A DNA stretch of 64,000 nt, taken from assembly GCA_964016885.1 (NCBI GenBank), contig OZ024740.1:89404001-89468000 (forward strand). Reading direction: 5' to 3'. The DNA comes from Eledone cirrhosa. Taxonomy: Eukaryota. The position numbers were made by a program, and so were the translations under genes. Positions 27,100 through 38,224 of this stretch are shown here, piece after piece (position 1 is the stretch's first letter; every line of letters starts with the position of its first letter). The notes beneath the pieces were generated by a model. That model was not told the DNA's origin, did not search any database, and saw nothing but the letters and a program-made list of their open reading frames with translations.

Positions 27100-29183
27100 C
27101 TATTGAAAATTACAATGAGTTCATATATAAAGAACTCAGGAAAAATTATAGAAAAACAAATAATGCGTCACTTACCAACATCAACAACAAAACACACAGC
27201 ATAGTGAATAGACTTAATATTGAAGATAGAACTGAACCTTTGGCATTGAAAAGACCACACTTCAACTGAAAGATCATAAATCTAACTTTAACTCTAATCC
27301 TTCTATAGGGCTTATATGCCCTTCCAAATCTGATATTGGAATAATTAGTAAAACAATTTTAGATAGAGTCATCCCACAACTAAGAAATCATGTTAATTTA
27401 CCACTCTGGGAAAACACATCCCAAGTAATTAACTGGTTTAATAATATTGGAAATAAATCCTCTGCTTCATTCCTACAATTTGATATAGATAATTATTATT
27501 CTTCTATACCACCTATACTCCTGAACAAAGCCTTGATATTTGCTAAAAATAGATCTAACTTAACTTTGGATGACATTAATATTATTACACATGCTAGACT
27601 AACAATATTGGAATTTCAGAATGAATACTGGACCAGAAACACATATAGTAATCTATTCGATATTACTATGGGCTCAAGCGATTCTGCCCAAATTACTGAT
27701 CTTGTGGGCCTCTTTCTTCTTTTTAACATATATGCTTCTTTTCCCCACCTTAAAGGTGGTTTATATCGTGACGACTGTCTTCTTCTTTCCAATAACCTTA
27801 ACCTCTCAGAGATAGAAAAAAATAAAAAGCTTATTAGAACTTTCCTCAAAGACTATTATAGTCTAGATATTACATTTTAAAACTCAAGTAAAGTAGTTAA
27901 TTTCCTAGATATAACATTAGACTTATCTACGGGTATCTACCAACCTTACCATAAACCCAACCAAAATTTACACTACATACACTCACAATCTAATAACCCT
28001 AAATCTATCCTTAAAAACCTTGCATATAATATATCACTTAGAATGTCTAACCTTTCGTCTAACCAAGATGTATTTGATAAAAATGTGAACTTTTATAACG
28101 AAGCTCTAGCTAGAAGTGGCCACAAAAATAGATTAGTATATATACCTTCTACCAATAACACTACAAACATACAACCTAATATTACCAACAAACACCAAAT
28201 GAAACATACACACGTAAATGCCACTCACACTATACCCCAAAACACCAACATAAAACCAAATTTCTCTAACTCTTCTAATATACAGTATAGTAACTCTCAA
28301 AAAACTACTCATCCTACAACTCTAATAAATGTTAATAATAAAACTCCTAATAAACAAGCTAAAACACCTAAATCAATAATTCTACCTAAAAATGTGTGTG
28401 GTGAGGTCATTAACAATAATTCTCTTAATAAACATCAGGATGCATCCTATAAAAACAATAAACAACATCGAAACCGTAATAGACGAGTTACTTGGTACAA
28501 TGCTCCATTTAATTTACAAATTACGGATAATATAACTAAAAAATTCTTTAATATCCTAGAGAAAAACTTCCCGCCAAACCACAAATACCATCAAATCTTA
28601 AATAGATCAACGGTTAAATTCTCCTACTCAACAACCAAAAACATAAAACAAAATATAAGTGCCTATAATGCATATAAATGTAAAAAAAACCATGAGTATA
28701 CCACCAGTACATCAAACTAACCATAATATCTCCTCAGATACAGGATTCACGAAAAATTGTAACTGTAGAAACAAGGCAAACTGTCCATTAAAAGGAAATT
28801 GCCTTGTTAATAACATAGTATATAAATGTAAAGTTAACACTAAGGACTCAATTTATTCATATATAGGAGCTACCTCTAACAAATTTAAGGTAAGATTTAA
28901 TACCCACAAACATAGTTTTAAAAATGCCGCACTAGCTAATACAACAACTCTAGCTGAAATAATAAATAGTTATAGAAAGAGGAATATAGAATATAACCTG
29001 ACCTGGAGTGTGCTCAAAAGGGCCACCCCTTATCAAAATAGTAGAAATGAATGTAGATTATGTTCCCAAGAACTTTTTGAAATAATGAAATCCATGGATA
29101 TCCTATTAAATAAGCGACAGGAATTAATAATATCGTGTAATCATAAACTGAGAAAAACCTTTAAATATTATAAACCTAATTAA
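27100..29183 (+). pseudogene. Naiad-type PLE RT plus GIY-YIG endonuclease, disrupted
   Basis: Motifs FDIENYYSSI, FDITMGSSDSAQ, GGLYRDD, VNFLDITL, TWYNAPF, CNCRNKANCPLKGNC, IVY...YIG...FKVRFNTH, CRLCSQE and LLNKRQEL. Confidence 0.88.
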
Positions 29184-29600
29184 TATACACTTTAGTAATT
29201 CATTTATAAATTATTTTTATTTTAGTTCACCTATAATTAATATTCTACTACTGATGAACTACATAATTCTGCTTTAAAAATTATAAACCTAATTAATATA
29301 CACTTTAGAAATTAATATATAAACTATTTTTAATTCAGTCAACCTATAATTAATATTCTACTACTGATGAACTACAAAATGTTGCTTTCCTTCTTACAAA
29401 TATCATTTCCTAAAAGTGATACCATTAAGTAAACATGTATAATGCTTTAACTTCAGGTTATGACTCTATGTTCCTTGAAAACTATATATATTTACTATTT
29501 CTCACTAATAAATTTAATCCCCCCCCAATAATTATTTGTATATATAAGTGTATATGTGTGTGTATATGTAAGTGTATGTATGTATATATGCATGTATATA

Positions 29601-29683
<83 letters not shown>

Positions 29684-29739
29684 GTGAGGTTTTTTTTACA
29701 AAATGAAAAATAACCGAGGTGTCCTACACGAGTAAAAGT

Positions 29740-30034
29740 ATAAAGAAAAAGAGATGAAATCGAAAATGCAACTGAAGTCTTATTTTTTTAAAAAATATAT
29801 ATATTTATTTGGTTCCTTTACCGGTGTCGCAGTTCTTCTGCTTTTCAAAAGGTGAGTTGAGATGGATGGTCTGTGGTTTTTCTCACATCTGATGTGAGAA
29901 AAACCACAGACCCTCCATCTCAACTCACCTTTTGAAAAGCAGAAGAACTGCGAAACCGGTAAAGGAACCAAATAAATATATATATTTTTTAAAAAAATAA
30001 GACTTCAGTTGCATTTTCGATTTCATCTCTTTTT

Positions 30035-30040
<6 letters not shown>
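29740..30040. repeat. ~300-bp near-perfect palindrome made of two pLTR fragments (family F)
   Basis: Centre at about 29890 (ctcacatc-t-gatgtgag). The right arm recurs at 31606-31741. Confidence 0.92.
29928..29965 (+). ncRNA. Minimal type I hammerhead with U3-A8 core swap (family F); copies at 29815-29852 (-) and 31643-31679 (+)
   Basis: CCTT-TTGAAAA-GCAG AAGAA CTGC-GAAA-CCGG-TA-AAGG. Palindromic stem III ACCGGT and a GUA site. Confidence 0.78.
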
Positions 30041-30081
<41 letters not shown>

Positions 30082-30082
30082 T

Positions 30083-30135
30083 GAGATTCTACTGGACTAG
30101 AACTGTTTCATTCATTAGAAATCATCAGGAATCTC
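30083..30135 (-). ncRNA. Type I hammerhead (family G)
   Basis: GAGATTC-CTGATGA-T.TTC TAAT GAA.T-GAAA-CAGTTCTAGTCCAG-TA-GAATCTC. Stem I is 7 bp. Confidence 0.78.
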
Positions 30136-30181
30136 AACCCGGAATAACGTACATATATATATATATATATATGTGTGTATA

Positions 30182-30224
<43 letters not shown>

Positions 30225-30280
30225 ATGTGTGTGTGTGTGTATGTGTATATATATGTATATATATATATATATATGTATAA

Positions 30281-30326
<46 letters not shown>

Positions 30327-31011
30327 ATGTGTATATATGTGTATATGTATTCATGTATAAATATATATATATATATTATTTATATATTCTTTTAATTTCC
30401 CCTCATCTCTAACAGCACTTTTCAACTGCATCTAACTCTTATTTATCATATTTATATGTATTAGTATAATTTTATCAATATAAATATACCAATCAATTAA
30501 ATTAATTTATATTCTTTTCATAGATGTATTATTTTCACTAACATTCTTATCTTAAAAATGTAGTCACCTTTGATATTTGTATTGGCATTACTATTTTATA
30601 ACAGCAACTGCTTGTATACCATTTACTGACCACCTGACCTATTTTCACCCCTAAAATAAGCTTCAATTACTACTATTTTACAATTTGGCCAATTATTAAC
30701 TTTCTATTGGTTAATTCTAAACCTCTTACCAAACAGACATAATATATTAGATCTTTGTTGGTTTTATTCAATGAAAAAATAAAATTATTTCTGAGGTCAG
30801 CATAAGACCTATTTCTTCCCTTAAATAATCCTTCATTCATAATATTCTTTTACATCCAAAACTGAAATTTACATTCCTCTACCCATAATTTAAGGTTCTC
30901 CTACTACTATATTACTATCCTGACCTTCACTATCTATCTATTGGTCAATTCAAAACCTGTTCCCAAACAGACCTATTGTATTGAATCTTTGTTTTTTTTC
31001 AATAAACAAAT

Positions 31012-31161
31012 ATCACTATTTCTGAAGACAGCATATATATGTGTAGGTATGTATATTCCCTCTGATAGTTTGTATAAATATTGTAAATATTGTACATAGA
31101 TCTATAGAATATGCATACCAACTCTAACACTTATATATCCTAGAAACGATCGTAAAATGAT
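31012..31161 (+). ncRNA. Type I hammerhead with 114-nt stem II (family E); inverted copy at 26910-27059
   Basis: ATTT-CTGAAGA(31022)...GAAA(31143)-CGATCG-TA-AAAT. The intervening sequence folds as ATATATA/TATATAT, GTGT/ACAC and GGTATGTATATTC/GAATATGCATACC. Confidence 0.72.
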
Positions 31162-31342
31162 GAATTTTTTTAAATATAAGGAACTGTTTCTTTGTTTATT
31201 CATTATTTTATTAATTTATCTTGACTCTCTTTTCCGTTTATTTTTTACCGAAAGTAGTTTTTGAATGCATCATCTCTTTTCATGATATCCGGATTACATT
31301 GAGTTCTTCATACGGATTGGACAATACCGTTAACTTTTGGTA

Positions 31343-31429
<87 letters not shown>

Positions 31430-31747
31430 AGGATGAATATAAAATGAAAGTGCTTTTGTTAAAAAAGGAATTTATTAGGTATTGACATATGTTTCTGTAA
31501 CAGACCGAATACCTATGTATCGCTGCTTGCGTAATCATATAATGTTAGCAAGTATTCGATAGCAAATGTATAATCAGTTGTATAATCATATATATATTTA
31601 TAAGTGTGTGAGAAAAACCACAGACCCTCCATCTCAACTCTACTTTTGAAAAGCAGAAGAACTGCGAAACCGGTAAAGGAACCAAATAAATATATATATA
31701 TTTTTTTTAAATAAGACTCCAGTTGCATTTTCGATTTCATCTTTATT

Positions 31748-31830
<83 letters not shown>

Positions 31831-31833
<3 letters not shown>

Positions 31834-33360
31834 ACTATACAGATCATTTGAAGTTTTTTCCAAATTGAAGGATGAGTATTTTAAACTTTATTTTATCATG
31901 AGTTGATTTTTCCCTGGATTTCACTAAATTCTGTTGGGTGAATCTATATCCTGATTCTTTTTGAGTTGAGTTTGAATTATTTTTCCCACATCTTACGTTA
32001 ACTATTTTTCCCATGTTGACGCTATAGTCACTTATATATTATGGAATACTGTTGGCCTTTTGCTACAATATTTTCTATACCTTTGATTTATATATTTATA
32101 CTCGGATTTCTTTCCTAGAGTGCTTAAATTATTTGTGACTAATCCCGGTATTTTTATATAAAAAAACCGCGATAATATTGCTTTTTGCTGAACTCCTTAT
32201 TGTAGAGTTTTTTTCAGAATGTTTTTGACTGTTGTTTCTTGTAAACAAACATTCGTCTCATTCTGACGTCACCAGCCCTGTCTTTCCACATGTGCGTTTT
32301 ATTTTCATAATAACGCATGATGGTGAACTAGCCTGCTTTTAATTCCCTTTTTGGCATATTAATCAGTGAGAAATTTTGGTTATCGAGTTGAGCTCTGCTG
32401 AGGATCGGATTCCAACCATGAGCATCTCCACTGAAAGTTTTCGTGAAATGGCCTTCAAGACTATACACTGCATTTGAAGTTTTTTTCAAAATTGAAGGAT
32501 GAGTATTTAAAACTTTATTTTATTATAAATTAAGGCTCTATTGATTTTTTCCTGGATTTCACTAAATTCTGTTGGATGAATCTATATCCTGATTCTTTTT
32601 GAGTTGAGTTTGAATTATTTTTCCCACATCTTACGTTAAATATTTTTCCCATTTTGACGCTATAGTCACTTATATATTATGGAATACTGTTGGCTATTTG
32701 CTACAATATTTTCTATACCTTTCATTTATATATTTATACTCGGATTTCTTTCCTAGAGGGCTTAAATTATTTGAGACTAATCCCGGTATTGTTATATAGA
32801 AAAAACCGCGATAATATTGCTTTTTGCTGAACTCTTTATTGTAGAGTTTTTTTCGGAATGTTTTTGAATGTTGTTTCTTGTAAACAAACATTCGTCTCAT
32901 TCTGACGTCACGAGCCCTCTCTTTCCACATGTGCGTTTTATTTTCATAATCATGCATGATGGTGAACTAGACTGCTTTTAGTTCCCTTTTTGGCATATTA
33001 ATCACTGAGAATTGTTGGTTATAGAGTTGAGCTCTGCTGAGGATCGGATTCCAACCGTGAACATCTCCACTGAAAGTTTTCGTGAAATAGCCTTCAAGAC
33101 TATACAGAGCACTTGAAGTTTTTTCAAAATTGAAGGATGAGTATTTTAAACTTATGTTATCATGACTTAAGGCTCTATTGATATTTCCCTGGATTTCACT
33201 AAATTCTGTTGGATGAATCTATATCCTGATTCTTTTTGAGTTCAGGTTGAATTATTTTTCCCACATCTTACGTTAACTATTTTTCCCATGTCGACGCTAT
33301 AGTCACTTATATATTATGGAATACTGTTGGCTTTTTGCTACAATATTTTCTATACCTTTC

Positions 33361-33366
<6 letters not shown>
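31831..33366 (+). repeat. Tandem array of ~630-bp units (about 2.4 copies) with a hammerhead at each junction
   Basis: Units start at aagactataca at 31831, 32457 and 33096. The array has (TA)n on both sides. Confidence 0.92.
33031..33110 (+). ncRNA. Type I hammerhead (family H); second copy at 32392-32471
   Basis: GCTCTG-CTGAGGA(33037)-T.CGGA...TTCG.T-GAAA(33084)-TAG CCTTCAAGA CTA-TA-CAGAGC. Stem I is 6 bp, with an AUA site. Confidence 0.75.
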
Positions 33367-33405
<39 letters not shown>

Positions 33406-33454
33406 TATAGTGACGAAACATAAGTCAATTGCATGAACTCATAATCCGTTATTT

Positions 33455-33510
33455 ACTGCTATATATATTTCGATGATAGCCATTGAATGGCTATGACCTC
33501 ATCAGGCAGT
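33455..33510 (-). ncRNA. Type I hammerhead (family I), canonical core
   Basis: ACTGC-CTGATGA-GGT c ATAGCCA TTCAA TGGCTAT c ATC-GAAA-TATATA-TA-GCAGT. Confidence 0.85.
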
Positions 33511-33570
33511 TAGTCTGTTCTTAGATATGCCAGCTCTGTGTTTATAGTGTTGATGGTATCAGAACATTGG

Positions 33571-33658
<88 letters not shown>

Positions 33659-33662
33659 CATA

Positions 33663-33804
33663 TGTTGCCAATAAGAAACACACGCAGCAGTTGCTTTCAC
33701 TTCATTTTATTATGAATTAAATTCCTAAATTCCTAAATTTATAAATTTAATTGATAATTAATTGAAATGAAAGCATCTGGTGCGTGTGTTCCTTATTGGC
33801 AACA
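33663..33804. repeat. Short inverted repeat between (TA)n tracts
   Basis: tgttgccaataagaaacacacgca...tgcgtgtgttccttattggcaaca. Confidence 0.8.
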
Positions 33805-33883
33805 TGACCCTCCCAACGTATAACAATATCGGTTTCAACACACGTTTTCAGATAAAGAATATTGCTAAACAAATTCAGAAACG

Positions 33884-34029
<146 letters not shown>

Positions 34030-34288
34030 GTGTCCCTAGACGCTTTTTGCGTGTAGTGATATATACTTTATTATTATTAACTCCTCTTGGTCGAGATAAA
34101 ATTTGGTCGTTCTGACTGCTGCTATTTATAGTGGTTGTAGACTGACCTCCCTGCCTCTGCTTCTATCTTTACACACGTCACTGGACAGAATTGCTTCCAC
34201 ATCATTCAATTTCAGCTCGGGAACAATTTTGAATAGCGCCAGTTCGTAATTTGAACTCGGGAATTTGATATTCTTCGAGTGAAAAGTT

Positions 34289-34373
34289 CCTTCTGACGAG
34301 AGTTTATTTTTTCAATGGAAGGCCGCAAGGACTGTCCATTTATTTTTGAGACTCTAAACCGATTCGGTAAAGG
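34289..34373 (+). ncRNA. Hammerhead motif with G12U, probably inactive (family J)
   Basis: CCTT-CTGACGA-GAGTTT...AGACTC-TAAA-CCGATTCGG-TA-AAGG. The inner stem II is capped by a GCAA tetraloop. Confidence 0.65.
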
Positions 34374-34454
34374 TAACCATAGTGAGTACAGTGAATCTTT
34401 TAAAATTTATTCTGAAACTTTTTCTTATTTGATTATATATATATATATATATAT

Positions 34455-35430
34455 ATAGATAAGGTTAATATATCTGAGGGTACTATGTACCCCCAGAAAT
34501 ATATAGGGTGTCTATGATTTAAGGTGGTTCTATGGTAATAATTTGATATACCAGAACTTAATATCAAGATAAGCAGAACAAGTAAAATTCAACCAATTTT
34601 TCCAAATAAATCATAATTAATTTACAATTAAACTTAATCAAAATTAAAAAAATATAATATAAATATTTACCTATTCGAGTAGCTCTTACTGTACAGTTTC
34701 ACTTTGCAAAACATTAGATATCACATGGATATTAATGGAAAAGCAAATATCATCAGAGAAGCATTTTCCTTTTTTAGGGTTAAAAACCCCAGGAACGATA
34801 AAATATATGACCTCACTCCAACTAATACAGGTCTGAAAGGTCGTGAAAGTGACCCATAAATACGTTGGTGTATAGTGAAGGCGGGAAATCGTAGACTTGT
34901 TGTCTATGTTCGCTACCAAAAAAAATTTTTAGCAGCTAGATAGAACGACAGAATTTTTTTCTCTACATAATCGGAGAATAATGGATAAGGTTAATATATC
35001 TGAGGGTACAATGTACCCCCAGAAATATATAGGGTGTCTATGATTTAAGGTGGTTCTCATGGTAATAATTTGATATACCAGAACTTTATCGTTCCTGGGG
35101 TTTTTAACCCTAGGAAAGGAAAATGCTTCTCTGATGATCTTTGCTTTTCCATTAATATCCATGTGATATCTAATGTTTTGCAAAGTGAAACTGTACAGTA
35201 AGAGCTACTCGAATAGGTAAATATTTATATTATATTTTTTAATTTTGATTAATTTTAATTGTAAATTAATTTTGATTTATTTGGAAAAATTGGTTGAATT
35301 TTACTTGTTCTGCTTATCTTGATATTAAGTTCTGGTATATCAAATTATTACCATAGAACCACCTTAAATCATAGATACCCTATATATTTCTGGGGGTACA
35401 TTGTACCCTCAGATATATTAACCTTATCTA
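34455..35430. mobile_element. Short PLE-type insertion: inverted ~345-bp pLTRs plus a partial third copy (family K)
   Basis: 34457-34800 is the reverse complement of 35087-35430. 34985-35085 repeats 34457-34560. Confidence 0.85.
35125..35205 (+). ncRNA. Type I hammerhead (family K); inverted copy at 34682-34762
   Basis: TCT-CTGATGA(35131)-T.CTTTGC...CATTA.ATATC/GATAT.TAATG...GCAAAG.T-GAAA-CTGTACAG-TA-AGA. Palindromic stem III ACTGTACAGT. Confidence 0.82.
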
Positions 35431-37700
35431 TAAATGTGGAACAGCTCAAGGTCACCGACAGCTTCTCATAATACTCCGATATGGGGGCGCGTTCGATAAT
35501 TTTTTCCACTTCAGGGTGTATGGTGGTTACTTTCCCTCAGTTGCCAAGTCTTGTTTGCAAGGGTAGTTACATAACGATGTTGGGAATGTTTCATTGCGTA
35601 ACGGTGTGTATACCAATGGGCTTTAAATGTATTCCCAGTCGCTCCGATGTAATACCATTTCTGGTTGTCTGATTCTACTGTGTATTGTTAAACCAGGTTA
35701 GACTGCATACATTCATTATGTAATGGACATGTTTCAGGTAGGTGACAGTTACATTTCTTGTCATGGGCAACTTTGGCATTATTGGTGGGCTCCGATGCCT
35801 GTACAAGTGTGTTACGTTTTGTTTGCCTATTAGCGGGTGGTTGTGTATTAGATATTATGTTGTGTTCAATGGTGATTGTATTGTTATTGTTATACATTTG
35901 TGTTCTGGTATTGTTATGTATATTTTTAGCGTTAATAATCTTAATGGGTGCCTCTATGTTTGGTGCCGTGGAGTAATAGATTTGGTGCTAAGGATTTTGC
36001 TGTATCTATGTGAATCTGGAAAGTGCTTATTTATTATTCTAAAGAAGGTAGAGGGTAGGTTAGTACTATTATGGGGTTATACCAAATATATTTTATACTG
36101 CGTGACTTGTTTGATTTCGATGTTGATTTCTATTTACAGTATAATTTGTAGTTCTATGCGTAAATGCGTGTGTGCGTGTGTTTCTGGAGTTTGTGTTATG
36201 CGTGTTCGTGTACGCTTTGCGGAGGCTCTCATCTATATATTCTACTCTATCTAAGTGGCCTGCCTTGTCTGGTGCGGTATTGTAGTATTATGCATGTTCC
36301 TCGAAGATTTGTCGGTTAGACGAGAGGCGGGAGATCCTAAGGAGATATGCTGCGTGGAATGGATTTAATTATGGATAGTGGGTGGTTTGAGTTACAGTTG
36401 ATGTATGTTAAGTTTTCATTAATCTTGTGAAAAGGGCTTATATGTCCCGTATTTAGGTTAGGCATCGCGTCAAAAAAGTTAACTATTTTTGTGCTATACT
36501 CATACGTTATGCTAAGGCCTAGTTTTCCGAGAGTCTTTCTAATATTCTTACGGTGTCTTTCTATGCTCTGGTTGTTTAGCTTCTTAACTAGGAGAAGGGC
36601 GTCGTCTCTGTAGATTCCACCGTGAAGATCGCGAAACTAATTCTGTAAACTATGGGCCATGTAAATACCTATTAACCTGTGACTTGAGCCGAGTCATTAG
36701 CCCCCATCGTGATGTCAAAGTTATTTAATCTATCCTTACGTTCCCAATAGGCGTTTTCAAATTTAATTATTGTTTTCCTAGCAGCTAATATAATTTTTAT
36801 CTCGTCGTCTGTTAGGTCATAATTGGCTTTAGCGAATGCTAAAGCTTTATCCAAGGTGTTGGGCGATACAGAGGAGTAATAGTCGTTACTGTCGAATTGT
36901 ATAAACTTAGATATTTTTTTGTTAGCTATATTGTTAAACCACTTAATTGTTTCGTAGCGTTACCCCATAGTTTAATCACTAGTTTATTCTTCATTTGTGC
37001 TATCACTCTGTCTAATATATGTTTACTAATATTCCCAATGTCCGATTTGGACGGGCATGTAAGTCCAATTGTGGCTTTACAATCAAAGTTTACCGTGTGA
37101 TCCTTGAGATTAAATGTGGGGGTACATGGCCTAAGTGGCTCCGTTCTGTCGTCTATTCCTAGGTGTTTGACTATATTGTGTGCCTCGTTGTTTATGTTTA
37201 TCAGTGCCGCCTCGTTAGTTTTTTGTATTTCCTATGTAATTCTTTCCGTATGAAGTTATTGTACGTTTTAATATCCATCGTATACACATTTGAGGTTTTA
37301 TCCGCTTTGACAATATTTCCATTGGTAGTTCGCTGCTTTTTTAGGAATGTATTCATATCATTCTGGAGTTTACTCTTCCTCCGCTTTTTGAATTTGATGT
37401 TCATAATCATCTTCAGTAAGTCCTGTTCAAAGGCATCCAGTTGAGGGTTGGTAGGTGGGTTCCTACATGATTTGAAGCCGTATGTTTCCTTGTTGTATTC
37501 CAAGGTGCGACCGTTACGTCCTTTGTCGAAATGGAAAGTTTTCCATCTAACCCGGCGTATAAAGTCGGGTGTTCGCTGTATCATCCCGAGGGTATAATCC
37601 TTTCTCAAAGGTATAGGAATGTTCTTTAGGGATATACCTATGTAATGATTTTCCATAGTACTACCGTGTGTTTAGGTGGTTGCTCGACCAATGAGGAGCC
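35431..37700 (-). mobile_element. Nearly complete, decayed Naiad-type Penelope-like element ORF
   Basis: N-terminus SLKNIPIP...RVRWKT...YGFKS...ADKTSN (37201-37656), then FDITMGANDSAQ, GGIYRDD, CNCHLPETCPLHNEC and YYIGATGNTFK. Confidence 0.88.
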
Positions 37701-37877
37701 TGTAGTGAGGGAAGCAGGAAAATGCTTATTGTGATCCAGTTCGTGGTTAAGAAAGCCAGTTCTGTGGACGGTTACAACGTACAGTTAGGGGTAATTCCAC
37801 AAGTTTGTAAGAATTCCGTTCAATCTTGGAGTATAAAGTATAAAAGAGAAAACACAAGTAAGCATTATATATATATA

Positions 37878-38095
37878 GGGCGTTGGATTGGCAGTATCGG
37901 TATAGGGTCGGACGCTACGCTTTGTAACGTAGAGTTGTGGTCCTTTATGATCTGAGTTCAAATCCCGCCGAGTTAACTTAACCTTTCATCCTTACGGGGT
38001 CGATAAAATAAAATACCAGTCATAAACTGGGGTCGATTTAATCGACTTTCCCCTCTCCCAAAATTGCTGGCTTTGTGCTTAAAAATGAAACCAAT
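37878..38095 (+). mobile_element. Full-length cephalopod tRNA-derived SINE
   Basis: A-box-like tggcagtatcgg, B-box-like gagttcaaatcc, core cctttcatccttacggggtcgataaa, and a gtcgat/atcgac hairpin. Confidence 0.85.
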
Positions 38096-38224
38096 ATATA
38101 TATATACATACATATGTGTGTGTGTGTGTGTGTTGGTGTGTGCGCGCGTATGTATGTGTGTTTGAGCGTGTGTGTATGTTGTACGGATGAGTGTCAATAA
38201 GTGAGTTTTTTTGTTTTTTGTATG

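Larger units (their letters stand above)
26853..31219 (+). mobile_element. 5'-truncated Naiad-type Penelope-like element with ~250-bp inverted pLTRs and nested inserts
   Basis: 26853-27101 is the reverse complement of 30969-31219. RT and GIY-YIG coding remnants lie at 27100-29183. Confidence 0.85.

Noticed and set aside
29167-29385. ~113-bp tandem duplication, each unit containing CTGATGA
   Set aside because: No GAAA, stem III or stem I partner, so not a hammerhead.
32694-32957. 87-aa ORF in the tandem unit
   Set aside because: Interrupted by a stop in the neighbouring unit and has no recognisable domain.
37878-37970. tRNA-like A and B boxes
   Set aside because: SINE head without a complete cloverleaf, so not a tRNA gene.
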